Shown one piece after another: positions 40,401-50,144 of a stretch of DNA of 64,000 nucleotides; positions within the stretch are counted from its first letter, which is position 1, and each line of letters opens with the position of its first letter. Origin of the DNA: a virus. Its lineage: Duplodnaviria > Caudoviricetes. Below the pieces are notes generated by a model, which was not told the origin of the DNA, did no database searches, and was given only the letters and a program-made list of their open reading frames with translations. The stretch covers positions 1-64,000 of the IMG/VR virus record IMGVR_UViG_2859895461_000003; one strand, written 5' to 3'. The translations under genes were made by a program, and so were the position numbers.

Positions 40401-43325
40401 GAATTACTAGCAGCTCAAGCCGATTTTAATTCTCGTATGCAAAATTTAGATATGAAAGGTGTATCTAAACTATTAGAGGAAAAAGCAAAACTTAGAGATA
40501 AAGAAACAGATAAAATAAAACAAAATTATAATAAACAAATAGAATATCTAAAATTAAATGCTCAGGATGTAGATGTAGAAACTAAAAAAGCTATTAATGA
40601 TAAAATTACACAATTAGAAGAGGCAAAGAATAAAGAAATAGGTGTAGAAAATGAAAAATATAAAGGTTTTTTAAATACAGCATTAGAGCAACAACCATTA
40701 TTATTACAAAATATAGATGTGCATAATGGTAAAATGTTAACTAAGCAAAAGCAACATAACCAAGAAGAATTAGTTGAATATGTAAATAAGATGGATAAGA
40801 TGGATGGCATAACTAAAACAGGGTATTATCAGATAAAAAATACTGTAACGGGTAAAATGCATGATTGTTATGTAGAAGTTGATAAGTCAACAGGACAAAT
40901 AACAGGTGTTTGGGATAGAACGGTTGGTAAAGTGTATGGTAATCCTATTAAAGCACAAGAACAAATAGCGCAAGATTTAAAGAATGGTGTTCCTTTCCAA
41001 AAGATTGAAGGTAAATATTATGATTCTAAAAATAATGTTTGGAATAATGCTTTAGAAGCACAATGTAAAAAAAACTATGGCCTTTTTGATTGGGTATCTG
41101 AAGCTTATAACTCTATTAAAAGTGCAATAGGAAGTAGCCCAATAGTTGTAGGCACTTCAGCTAGCAAAATAGCTAGTATAGGAGAGAAATGGACAGGAAC
41201 TGATTACTTCGAAGGTGGTTTAACTTGGGTTGATGAGGATGGATCAGAATTAATACAATTACCAGGAAAAGGGGCCAAACTAGTAGATTTGCCTAAAGGA
41301 ACTAAAATATTCAACAATACACAATCAAACTCTATGAAAGAAAGATTATCTAAAAAGCAAGTGGAAAATTCTAAAGGTTATGCTACTGGTACTGATTATG
41401 CAATTCCTGGACTACATGAGGTCGCTGAAGATGGTTTTGAAATAGTAGCATCTAGGCAGTATAGATTATTTAACGGTGGAGAAAAAGTATTTAATAATCG
41501 AGAATCTAAAAAGATATTAACATCATTGCTAGGGGATAAGGCTAATAATAACCCTGAAGATATTGCAAAAGAAGCCATGTCGGAGGCTAAAGAAAGTGTA
41601 GCTGTTAATCCTAGATCCGGTGTATCAGAGAGTGTAATGAAAGATAGATTGGCAAAACAATTAAATTGGGGAGCCAATAGTAAGAAAGAGTATCAAAAGT
41701 ATTTGGAGTTTATAGATCAGTTAAATAAAGAAGAAATTGAAAAAAGTAAGGAATATCTAAAAGAAGATTATGATAATAGATCTAAGAGCATAGAAGATAG
41801 GCTAAGGATTCTTAAGAATGAAAATTCTATAGAGTTACAAACAGAAAAGGCAAGAATAGATTCACAGATAGCCTATTATCAAAAGTTACAAAAGAATACT
41901 AAAGATAAAAATGCTAAGGCTAATTATGCTAATCAGATAGCTGCTTTAAGACAGTATCAGAAACAAGTTTTGAATACTACTAAAGCGAATCAGAAAGCAC
42001 AAGTTGATAGCTTAGAGCGTTCAAAAAGGGCGCTTAAAGAATATTATGATGATGGTATGAAATTACTAGACAAGAGAGAAAAAGAAGTTAAAAAATCTCT
42101 TAAAGTACAAGAGAATTCATTTAATAATACATTGAATGAATTCAATGAGGCTATAAAAAGGTTAGGTATTGATACTAAAGATTTAAATCAAAATTTATTA
42201 AATTATCAAGCTATAATTATTCTTCAGGGAGAAAAAATAAAAGAGCTTGAAAATAGATATAAAGAATTAGCGAAGACTTTTGGATATACAGCAGAGGAAA
42301 CTGTAAAGGCTAAGAAAGCCCTTGAAGAGGCTAAGACTGAATTAATCAACATGGGGAATGCAGTTGATGATGCAAAACAAAAGATTATAGATGCTCAAAA
42401 AGAAGCAGATAAAAAAGTATCTGATAGTATTAATAATATGGTTGATAGAATTAAGTCAGCATTAAAGCAACGATATGAAGATGAACTAAAGGCACAAGAA
42501 GATCACATAAATAATGAGCTTAAAAATTTAGATAGATGGAAAGATGAATCTATAAAAAGAATAGAGAGCTTTTATGATGCTAAAATTGAAGCTATAGATA
42601 AACAACTTATAGAAGAAGATAAAGCTGATAAGAATGCAGAAGAACTAAAAAAAATAAATCAGCTTGAGACAGCAATAGAATATGAACATAATGAATTTAA
42701 TAAAATTGAAATACAGAAGGAACTTAATAATCTTCTTAAAGAGAGAGAAAAAAGGATTCATAAAGAACAACTAGAAGAACAAAAAGAGCATCTACAGAAA
42801 GAAAAAGAAAATGAATTAAAAAATATTAATTCTATATATGAAAGCAATAGACAAAGTTTAGAAAAACAACTTGAGGATTATAGAAGTTTCTGTTCTAAAA
42901 AAACTAATGATGCAGCACTCCAGGCTGAAGCCGAAAGAATTATAATGGACAACAATCAAAAGGAGATTATTGAATTGTTACATTCTTATGAGGAAGCTTA
43001 TCAGCAAGCAGGACAAAGCCTTGGAGAAAAACTTGTAGAGGGCTTTAAGCCTAAAATAGAGGAACTTAAGGACATGATAGCTAGTATACAGGAAAGTTTT
43101 GAAGTTGCTAGAAATTCAGCTTTAAATTCAATGGCTGCTCGATCTTCTGCGATAAATTCAATTCAGCCATACTCTAGTAATGCAAGTTCAACTAGTATTG
43201 ACAATAGTAGGAGTGTAGTAAACCACAATAGTTTTACTTTTAATAGCCCTAGAGCATTATCTCCAAGTGAAATGATGAGAAAGAATGAAGTAATGATAAG
43301 GAATTTAAACTTTAGTACATCTTAA
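37461..43325 (+). CDS. Tape measure protein (likely start at ATA 37461)
   Basis: >1900-aa coiled coil with TP901-type TMP core; AGGAGGTG RBS precedes an in-frame ATA. Confidence 0.88.
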   Translation: MGIDLGSVYSSIDLRLDKFESSVSKAIQGFYKLQTGAEKASSIMDKSVYTAVSNIEKSYKLWENANKSSGKSLEDNSKKIESYKSSMKLLDDEIKKSEKTLEDIGKKCGENSKEYENFKSHVLDLKLKHSELSQELEKASKTTVTVADKFKNLDEGYQKTSTQISNLEKSYRLLDLTQEKSGKGIFDNSEKMNKLKKEMSLLDSEIKKHESLLKEVEQEYGKDSKEVEEYKGKILDLKIAHAELGSELKKTEKEATTFAGRLKILGNEFEKIDKKYETFDKVGDTLQGIGNKLTTHVTLPIIGAGTAATKFAFDFESGAAKVSTIADTTKVPIEDLKRGVIDLSNKTGMSTKELNESLYQAISGSVDTAKAVDFLDVAVKAAKGGFTETSTAVDGLTTVLNSYGLEADKATDISNQMLITQNLGKTTFGELASAVGKITPITAQLGITTNELFSSLASTTAQGLATSESVTALKAAMSNIIKPSKEAGEAAEQLGIDFSVSALQSKGWMGFLQDVKKGLSNASPEFDKLSQSMSNNAHKMLELENAGKKGTKEYKELSKAQKNASKDLERMAQAADSPIGAMATMFGSVEGLNSILMLTSDNGVAKYNASMQEMQTNTHALDDAYKKMAETTEAKFGKAMNKAKNSLMELGIKALPIVEKGINLISQFADRMNKLSPVTQEFIIKTALASATLGPFISGLGGAFKGINTLIKTGKKVGVFFGIFKEASTVATAVEGVGTAAKVAGGSGGLGLFAGGLGAVGSIALPVAVGIATVGGAIYLAHKNTQYLNDSCIKSAEDMGVMETSMARLNGHTVYTNKELEKMNVKHREWSKKVSPESQKALDNIANKIANYNMELNGASKLDKLADDETGRNLNAKLDDICNSAINKIKSKQPEIQKTLADSFRADGLDANEKKILDSLNKSGNDQIKKIQDTKKKILDLEKRASKETGDVRQNTLKEIEKLTQQIGNIEMKNTVKSKQELLAAQADFNSRMQNLDMKGVSKLLEEKAKLRDKETDKIKQNYNKQIEYLKLNAQDVDVETKKAINDKITQLEEAKNKEIGVENEKYKGFLNTALEQQPLLLQNIDVHNGKMLTKQKQHNQEELVEYVNKMDKMDGITKTGYYQIKNTVTGKMHDCYVEVDKSTGQITGVWDRTVGKVYGNPIKAQEQIAQDLKNGVPFQKIEGKYYDSKNNVWNNALEAQCKKNYGLFDWVSEAYNSIKSAIGSSPIVVGTSASKIASIGEKWTGTDYFEGGLTWVDEDGSELIQLPGKGAKLVDLPKGTKIFNNTQSNSMKERLSKKQVENSKGYATGTDYAIPGLHEVAEDGFEIVASRQYRLFNGGEKVFNNRESKKILTSLLGDKANNNPEDIAKEAMSEAKESVAVNPRSGVSESVMKDRLAKQLNWGANSKKEYQKYLEFIDQLNKEEIEKSKEYLKEDYDNRSKSIEDRLRILKNENSIELQTEKARIDSQIAYYQKLQKNTKDKNAKANYANQIAALRQYQKQVLNTTKANQKAQVDSLERSKRALKEYYDDGMKLLDKREKEVKKSLKVQENSFNNTLNEFNEAIKRLGIDTKDLNQNLLNYQAIIILQGEKIKELENRYKELAKTFGYTAEETVKAKKALEEAKTELINMGNAVDDAKQKIIDAQKEADKKVSDSINNMVDRIKSALKQRYEDELKAQEDHINNELKNLDRWKDESIKRIESFYDAKIEAIDKQLIEEDKADKNAEELKKINQLETAIEYEHNEFNKIEIQKELNNLLKEREKRIHKEQLEEQKEHLQKEKENELKNINSIYESNRQSLEKQLEDYRSFCSKKTNDAALQAEAERIIMDNNQKEIIELLHSYEEAYQQAGQSLGEKLVEGFKPKIEELKDMIASIQESFEVARNSALNSMAARSSAINSIQPYSSNASSTSIDNSRSVVNHNSFTFNSPRALSPSEMMRKNEVMIRNLNFSTS

Positions 43326-43338
43326 GGAGGAGTAGAAG

Positions 43339-44208
43339 TTGCAAAAAATTATATTTAGAAATGAAAGGGGACAGAGTATAGAATTAGGTAACTCTGCTCC
43401 TTTTATTTTAACTAAAATTGAGATAGGAAGTCCTAAGACAACAATATTGACAAGTAAATCTCCTGGACAGGATGGTAAGACACACCATGGAACTTTTTTA
43501 GATGAGAGAATTTTACCAATAGAGGGAGCTATAGTAGGAGATACTGTAGAAGATATGTATAGAAAGAGGCAAAAGCTTTGTAGTATATTTAATCCTAAGA
43601 TAAATGGTACTCTTACTTATATCAATAATGCTAGTGAGCATGTTATAAATTGTATTGTAGATAGTTCACCAACATTTAGAGAACAAATAGATGATATGCA
43701 AGAGTTTCTAATACAATTTTATTGTCCTAATCCTTTATGGATGGATTTAATAGAAGAAAAAGAAGAAATAGCTCTTTGGGTAGGAGATTTTCATTTCCCT
43801 TTAATAATCCCAGAAGAAACAGGAATCATTATGGGACATAGAATAAGTAATTTAATAGTCAATGCTAAGAATAAAGGGGATGTAGAATGTGGAATGAGGA
43901 TTGAATTTAGAGCATTAGCCACTGTAGTTAATCCTTCTTTATTTGATGTATATACCAGAAAATATATTAAAGTTAAAAGGACATTGCAAGCTGGAGATAA
44001 GTTAGTTATAAATACATCTTTTGGTAATAAAAGAGTAGAAATGATAAAAAGCAATGGAACTAAAATAAATGTATTTAATTATATAGATTTAGCAAGTGAA
44101 TTTTTACAGCTAAAAGTTGGAGATAATTTATTAAGGTATGATGCAGAAAAAGGATTGGATAACTTAGAAATGGCTTTATACTATAAGCCACTTTATATAG
44201 GAGTGTAG
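43339..44208 (+). CDS. Distal tail (Dit) protein
   Basis: Position; SPGQDG, FYCPNPLW, LKVGDN. Confidence 0.8.
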   Translation: MQKIIFRNERGQSIELGNSAPFILTKIEIGSPKTTILTSKSPGQDGKTHHGTFLDERILPIEGAIVGDTVEDMYRKRQKLCSIFNPKINGTLTYINNASEHVINCIVDSSPTFREQIDDMQEFLIQFYCPNPLWMDLIEEKEEIALWVGDFHFPLIIPEETGIIMGHRISNLIVNAKNKGDVECGMRIEFRALATVVNPSLFDVYTRKYIKVKRTLQAGDKLVINTSFGNKRVEMIKSNGTKINVFNYIDLASEFLQLKVGDNLLRYDAEKGLDNLEMALYYKPLYIGV

Positions 44209-44211
44209 TTT

Positions 44212-45306
44212 ATGAATAAGGTACCAATTAGAATTATAGATAAAGATTTTAACTTACTAGGTGAAATAGATGACTATGAATCTCTTATATTTATAAGAAG
44301 ATTTAGCCGAGTAGGAGAATTTGAGCTTCACATAAATTTAAAAAAAAATAATGTAGATAAGCTCCAGGAGGATAACCTAATCCTTTTAGGAGCTTATTTT
44401 AATAAAGTAGGAATTATAGAGTTTATGGATAAATCTGCGAGTGAAGATGGTAAAGAGCAGTTAGTTATTAAAGGAGCTACTTTAAAGGGGAAAATTAAAG
44501 ACAGAACAACAGTACCACCTATAGGACAAGGATACGACAATGCAACAGGCACACAAGAAGCTATAATAAAAAAATTTGTAGATAATAACGCTGTCAATCC
44601 AGTAGATAAAGATAGAATTATTCCTAATTTAGTTATTGCTAAAGATAAACAAAGAGGAAAACAAGATGCTTGGCGTACTCGCTATGAAAACTTAGCAGAT
44701 AAGATACAGGAGATAACTGAATATAGTAATTTAGGTTGGGACATAACATTAGACACATATAATAATAATTTTATATTTGATGTTATAGAAGGTAGAAATC
44801 TTACTGCAGATCAGGAAGAAAATCCTCCAGTGATTTTCAGTATGGACTTTGAAAATATTAGAAATAAGCATTTCCTAAAAAGTTTGTTAAGTTATAAAAA
44901 TGTGGCTTATGTTGGAGGAAAAGGCGAAGATGAAAAAAGATTAATACAACAAGTGGGAAATATTAAAGGTTGGTACAGGAAAGAAACTTTTATAGATTGT
45001 AGCCAGGCTGATAATATTACAGAACTTACAACTATGGGTAAACAAAGATTACAAGAATATAAGATAGTGGAAACATTTGAAGCACAAGTAATTCCTTATG
45101 GAGCCTTTATTTATGGTCAAGATTGGGACTTAGGAGATATTGTTACTGTCCAGGATAAAAAATGGGGTGTAACTCTTAATAGTAGGGTTACAGAAATAAA
45201 AGAGATATATGAAACTAATGGTTTCAATTTAGAATGTATATTTGGAGATAGCATTCCAACTATTATAGACAACATTAAAAAAATATCTAAAAAGGAAGTG
45301 AAATAA
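44212..45306 (+). CDS. Siphovirus Gp37-like (Tal/hub) tail protein
   Basis: GEFEL, NVAYVGGKGE, DWDLGDIV. Confidence 0.8.
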   Translation: MNKVPIRIIDKDFNLLGEIDDYESLIFIRRFSRVGEFELHINLKKNNVDKLQEDNLILLGAYFNKVGIIEFMDKSASEDGKEQLVIKGATLKGKIKDRTTVPPIGQGYDNATGTQEAIIKKFVDNNAVNPVDKDRIIPNLVIAKDKQRGKQDAWRTRYENLADKIQEITEYSNLGWDITLDTYNNNFIFDVIEGRNLTADQEENPPVIFSMDFENIRNKHFLKSLLSYKNVAYVGGKGEDEKRLIQQVGNIKGWYRKETFIDCSQADNITELTTMGKQRLQEYKIVETFEAQVIPYGAFIYGQDWDLGDIVTVQDKKWGVTLNSRVTEIKEIYETNGFNLECIFGDSIPTIIDNIKKISKKEVK

Positions 45307-47153
45307 TGGAAAAGAGTGGATTTTTTAATGCTATGAAAGTAGGTGATACATGGGATAGGGTATATAAAGCAGAAAATTATGCAGAGTATTTTGCTAGTTT
45401 TATTGGAAATGGTGTGTTTCCTAACCCATCTACAAATTTACAGGTAATAGGAATGGATAAAATGCAGGTAATAGTTAAGCCAGGCAAGGGTTGGATTAAT
45501 GGCTATAAGTATGAAAACACAGATGATTTAATTTTACCTATAGATGTTGCAGATGGTGTATTGCATAGAATAGACAAAATAGTATTGCGATACGATGTTG
45601 TTGAAAGAGAAATAAGAGCAAAGATAAAAAAAGGAGAGTTTGCTAGTGAACCTAAAGCACCGCAATTAACCAGAGATGCTGACATGTATGAATTAGGCTT
45701 AGCAGATATAAAAGTTAATGCTGGATCTATAAGCATAACACAAGTTGATGTAACAGATCTAAGACTTAATAAAGAAGTGTGCGGAATAGTACACGGAACA
45801 ATAGATCAGGTTGATACTACAACAATATTTAACCAATATTTAGAATGGTATAAGAATATAACAGGAAAAACAGAACAGGAATTGCAAACCATAAAAGAAA
45901 ATTTAGAAACAGATTTTAATATATGGTTTAATGGAATTAAAGAAACTTTAAGTGGAGATGTAGCAGGTAATCTATTAAACTTAATTAATAAAAATAAAGA
46001 TTCTATAGATACAGTACAGGACAATATAGATAAGTTAGAGAGGTCTACAACTTTACAATTGGCTGATATTACGACATATCAAACAGCTGGAGGAACAGCA
46101 AATGCAATAAGTTTAAATTTGTCTACTTTAGTAAATGGATATGCTACAACATTTATAGTAAATAAGAATAATAATAAAAATGCTACAACTATAAATGGAA
46201 AACAATTATATAAACCTAATACAACTACTGCACCTAATTTAGTTACAGGAAAAGCAGTTTCAGTTTGGTATGATGCTACTAAAGATTGTTTTTTTATCAA
46301 GGCTAGTGCAGAAGGAAATGCCGTTGCTAAAGATGTACTAGCAGGAAAAATATTTAGCAATGATGACGATACTGGATTAGTTGGAACATTAGATTTAAGT
46401 AATTTAACTTCTAATAATATAAAAGAAGGAATTACTATTAATGGTGTTAAGGGAAATGTAAAGCCTATGAAATATGGGATTATTTTAAACCTTACAACAA
46501 AGATTGGTTATCAGACTAGTTCTGGTTATTCTATTCCTGGAGGTGGATATGTTCTTACAGGAAGAACTGGTTCAAGTTACTACATTAAATGTAATGGAAT
46601 TGAATATTATTATGATTATAATAAGTCTAAACCTAATTACTTTCCAGTACCTTTTAATACTGGTCGAATTCTATATTATAAAGGTGAACATAGATACTCT
46701 ACTAAATTATCATCTATATTAAAAATATCAACTAGTCGAAGTAATGGATATGATTATGATATAATAAGTTCATTTGATATAGCACCCGCAGGGTATATGC
46801 CATATCAAATGCTTTTAGTTAATAATAATTGGATTATTTTATTTACTAAAGAAAGTGAGTGTATTATATCAACTTATGATTTAAATTTATCTACCAAAAT
46901 AAAAGAAATATCCTTAAATTTAGATAATCCTTGTTTATCTTACAATCATATATTTGATATAGGAAACAGTACTAAAATTTATGATTATACTGGAAAATTA
47001 ATAAAATCAGTAGAAGTTATGAAACCATATGATAAATTAGTTGATTTAAATAAAAATGCTGCAATTGGAGAAAATGAGTATGACTTAGGTGTAGTATTAC
47101 ACACTGAAGGTAGTGATTGTATGTGTGGTAATATAGTATCACCATTATTATAG
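45306..47153 (+). CDS. Baseplate/receptor-binding tail fibre
   Basis: SGFFN...DRVY...DLRLNKEVCG N-terminus; NIKEGITINGVKG motif; divergent C-terminus. Confidence 0.75.
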   Translation: MEKSGFFNAMKVGDTWDRVYKAENYAEYFASFIGNGVFPNPSTNLQVIGMDKMQVIVKPGKGWINGYKYENTDDLILPIDVADGVLHRIDKIVLRYDVVEREIRAKIKKGEFASEPKAPQLTRDADMYELGLADIKVNAGSISITQVDVTDLRLNKEVCGIVHGTIDQVDTTTIFNQYLEWYKNITGKTEQELQTIKENLETDFNIWFNGIKETLSGDVAGNLLNLINKNKDSIDTVQDNIDKLERSTTLQLADITTYQTAGGTANAISLNLSTLVNGYATTFIVNKNNNKNATTINGKQLYKPNTTTAPNLVTGKAVSVWYDATKDCFFIKASAEGNAVAKDVLAGKIFSNDDDTGLVGTLDLSNLTSNNIKEGITINGVKGNVKPMKYGIILNLTTKIGYQTSSGYSIPGGGYVLTGRTGSSYYIKCNGIEYYYDYNKSKPNYFPVPFNTGRILYYKGEHRYSTKLSSILKISTSRSNGYDYDIISSFDIAPAGYMPYQMLLVNNNWIILFTKESECIISTYDLNLSTKIKEISLNLDNPCLSYNHIFDIGNSTKIYDYTGKLIKSVEVMKPYDKLVDLNKNAAIGENEYDLGVVLHTEGSDCMCGNIVSPLL

Positions 47154-47164
47154 GAGGTAAAATT

Positions 47165-47551
47165 ATGATATTTTTAAGTAACTTTGAAAAGGTTGAAGAA
47201 AATAAATTGAAGGTAAGATTCATACACTATATGCCTTTTGACCCTATTGACGGTTTGAATAAAACAAAAGAAGAATTAGAATTAGAAGGAGTTCTTATAG
47301 AAAATATACCAGAACCGAAACATATTGAGAATAAACAAGCTATAATGTATTGGAATCCTGTAGATAAACAAATATTCTATGAATATGAAGATGTCCCAAA
47401 ATCTGATGAAGGATTAGAGCAACAAGCAGAATTAAATGCAAAATTGCTTAAAGATAATGCGAACATGCAAATAGAGCTAGATAAACAAAGAGAATTAAAT
47501 TCAACTCTATTATTAAAAATAGCAGAATTAGGAGGTAATGCAAATGCTTAA
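47165..47551 (+). CDS. Tail fibre-associated protein
   Basis: HYMPFDP...GL motif; position. Confidence 0.6.
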   Translation: MIFLSNFEKVEENKLKVRFIHYMPFDPIDGLNKTKEELELEGVLIENIPEPKHIENKQAIMYWNPVDKQIFYEYEDVPKSDEGLEQQAELNAKLLKDNANMQIELDKQRELNSTLLLKIAELGGNANA

Positions 47552-47666
47552 ATTTATAAAAGAATATTATGGGATGGGACTTTATACAAAAGAAGATTTA
47601 GATATATTCGTAACAGCTAAATGGATAACTGTAGAAGAAAGAGAAGATATAATTAAGACGCAATAG
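47544..47666 (+). CDS. XkdX-family small protein
   Basis: MLKFIKEYYGMGLYTKEDLDIFVTAKWITVEE. Confidence 0.7.
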   Translation: MLKFIKEYYGMGLYTKEDLDIFVTAKWITVEEREDIIKTQ

Positions 47667-47756
47667 ATAAATAATGCGACACATAATTGAATATAAAGTA
47701 AGCATAAGTTAAGACTATAGGTAGTCTTTTTTTATTGCTTAAAATGAGGTGAAGAT

Positions 47757-47870
47757 ATGAAAAAAATAAGTGATGATTTTAAATTGTTTATAACAACTGC
47801 AGCTGCAGTTGGAACAATAATGTTTTTGGCTAAAGTTATTTATTTTCAGTTTATATACAGGAATTTATAA
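47757..47870 (+). CDS. 37-aa single-TM peptide
   Basis: GAGGTG RBS; hydrophobic core. Confidence 0.45.
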   Translation: MKKISDDFKLFITTAAAVGTIMFLAKVIYFQFIYRNL

Positions 47871-47910
47871 AAAAATGTAGAATTATCTAGATTAAGGAAG
47901 GTGATTCTAC

Positions 47911-48444
47911 ATGAATATAGATATTAATTCATTACAACAACAAATTAATTCTTTGTCTAATAGAATTAATTATATTGATGAAACTATTAAGTTTAATATT
48001 AGTACATTTTTAACTACTTTAGCCATAGCTTTAGCTTTAGCAGGTGGAGCTGCTATAGTTATAGCAAAACATCTATTTAATAAAAAATTTGAGGAAGAAT
48101 CTAAAAAGATTGATAAAAAAATTAAATCATTTGTTTTAGAAAACCCCCAAATGCTATGGTTAAAAGGAGGTGGAACTCTAATATGGACCAAAAGAGAAGA
48201 TATTAATAACATACAATCAGCAATTGTTTTTTATGTAAATGGGTATATATCTAAGGAATTGATATTATTTACGGAATTTAATTTAATAATAGGTACACAA
48301 AAATTTGCTATTGATGAATATAAAATAGAAACTAATGGCAATGAGGTTAAGGTTGAGTTTAAACATCCTAATAATATAGCAAGTTTTAATCAGATTGGAT
48401 TTTTTATAATTTGGCAAAATCCAGTATATAAAAATAAAATTTAA
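47911..48444 (+). CDS. Single-TM moron protein
   Basis: TM helix; sigH-like promoter 47859-47883; terminator ~48455-48475. Confidence 0.65.
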   Translation: MNIDINSLQQQINSLSNRINYIDETIKFNISTFLTTLAIALALAGGAAIVIAKHLFNKKFEEESKKIDKKIKSFVLENPQMLWLKGGGTLIWTKREDINNIQSAIVFYVNGYISKELILFTEFNLIIGTQKFAIDEYKIETNGNEVKVEFKHPNNIASFNQIGFFIIWQNPVYKNKI

Positions 48445-48518
48445 AGGCAAAATGAGGACCATATAGGTCTTTTTATTTTGCCTATTTTTACATCAAAAGA
48501 AGAAAGAAGGATATACAA

Positions 48519-49541
48519 ATGAAAACAATAAAACTATTAAGTCTATTTAGTGGAATAGGAGCCTTTGAAAAGGCACTATCTAATATAAATCAAAATTATA
48601 AAATAATAAACTATTGTGAGATAGATAAGTATGCTAGTTATGCTTACAGTATACTTCACAATACAGATGAAGGCTTAAATTTATGGGATGTTTCTAAAAT
48701 TAATACTACTAAATTAGAAGATTTTGATTTATTAACTCATGGGAGCCCTTGCCAAAGTTTTAGTTTAGCAGGTAAAGGTGAAGGAGGCGACGAAGGAAGT
48801 GGAACAAAATCATCATTAATGTGGTATACAGTTGATATTATTAGAGATAAGATGCCTAAATTTGTTATCTGGGAGAATGTAAAAGCAGTAATATGTAAAA
48901 AACATAAACATAACTTTGATAAATATATTAATACACTAGATAAGCTAGGTTACAACAGCTATTTTGAAGTACTAAATTCTAAAGACTATGGAGCTCCACA
49001 ATCAAGAGAAAGAGTTTTTGTTATTAGTATAAGAAAAGATATAGATACTTGCTTATTTAAATTTCCTAAGCCTATAGATGGTGCTGTTTCAATCAATGAC
49101 ATATTAGATGAAGATATAGATAAAAAATATTATTGTATTAATAAATATACAAGAGAATTTATTAAAAAAGTAGATAGAAAAGTTGTAGATAATAAGGAAC
49201 CTAATAAATATGGATTATTGAGAGTAGGGAAAATCGAAAATCCAACAGCACTTAATATGAATAATAGAGTATTTTCAGCTGCAGGTGCTTGCCCTACTAT
49301 TTTAACTGAGTCTCACAGTGTTCCTAAAATCATGGAATATAAGTTAAGAAGACTTACTCCATGTGAGTGCTGGAAGGCTACGGGCTTTACACAAGAAGAT
49401 TATTGGAATGTAAGAAATGCTTTAGAATTAAGATTTTATAATGGGAAAGATAAAAGTGATAGCAAGATGTATAAAATGGCAGGAAACTCTATTGTAGTTA
49501 ATGTTTTAGAGCATATATTGAAAGAATTATTTAAAAATTAA
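48519..49541 (+). CDS. Orphan DNA (cytosine-5) methyltransferase
   Basis: LFSGIG, GSPCQ, WENV, PQSRER, AGNS motifs. Confidence 0.93.
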   Translation: MKTIKLLSLFSGIGAFEKALSNINQNYKIINYCEIDKYASYAYSILHNTDEGLNLWDVSKINTTKLEDFDLLTHGSPCQSFSLAGKGEGGDEGSGTKSSLMWYTVDIIRDKMPKFVIWENVKAVICKKHKHNFDKYINTLDKLGYNSYFEVLNSKDYGAPQSRERVFVISIRKDIDTCLFKFPKPIDGAVSINDILDEDIDKKYYCINKYTREFIKKVDRKVVDNKEPNKYGLLRVGKIENPTALNMNNRVFSAAGACPTILTESHSVPKIMEYKLRRLTPCECWKATGFTQEDYWNVRNALELRFYNGKDKSDSKMYKMAGNSIVVNVLEHILKELFKN

Positions 49542-49577
49542 AGTGTAGCTCCTATATTATTTATATGGAGGTGTAAT

Positions 49578-49832
49578 GTGGAATTAAAAGTCTGTGAAGA
49601 AAAACATAAAAGGATAGAGGAAAAAATTAATGTTCATGATATTAGGCTTAATGACCATTCAAAGAGAATTGATAAGATAGAACAAAATCAATCTAGGACA
49701 GATGCTAAAATTGAAAATCTGTGTGATCAGTTAAAACAATTAGTAAGCATAATGAAATGGTATATAGGAGTATCGGTAGGAGCTTTAGTAAGCTTCTTTT
49801 TTTATGCAATTCAGCACAATTTATTTAAATAG
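49578..49832 (+). CDS. XhlA-like membrane protein
   Basis: Coiled coil plus C-terminal TM, upstream of the holin. Confidence 0.75.
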   Translation: MELKVCEEKHKRIEEKINVHDIRLNDHSKRIDKIEQNQSRTDAKIENLCDQLKQLVSIMKWYIGVSVGALVSFFFYAIQHNLFK

Positions 49833-49837
49833 GAGGA

Positions 49838-50110
49838 ATGTTTATGGAAATTAATTTAATGGATTATATTATAGATCAGGCATTAATACTAATACCAGCT
49901 TTATATGTACTAGGTATTATGTTGAAACAAACTAGTAAAATTAAAGATTGGACCATTCCGTGGATTTTATTAGTAGTTGGAGTAATTGGAGCTATATCTT
50001 TAATGGGATTAAATCCAAATGCAATAATTCAAGGTATATTGGCTACAGGTGCAGCAGTATATACTAATCAACTAATTAAACAAAGTACAGGAAAAAAAGA
50101 GCAGGATTAA
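49838..50110 (+). CDS. Holin
   Basis: Three TM helices; IQGIL...NQLIKQ. Confidence 0.85.
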   Translation: MFMEINLMDYIIDQALILIPALYVLGIMLKQTSKIKDWTIPWILLVVGVIGAISLMGLNPNAIIQGILATGAAVYTNQLIKQSTGKKEQD

Positions 50111-50144
50111 TGCCTGTTCTTTTTAATTTTAAGGAGGTTATAAG

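Noticed and set aside
45306-47153. Invertible tail-fibre (shufflon) system using the small serine recombinase
   Set aside because: No inverted fibre cassettes or crossover repeats seen, and the recombinase lacks its nucleophile.
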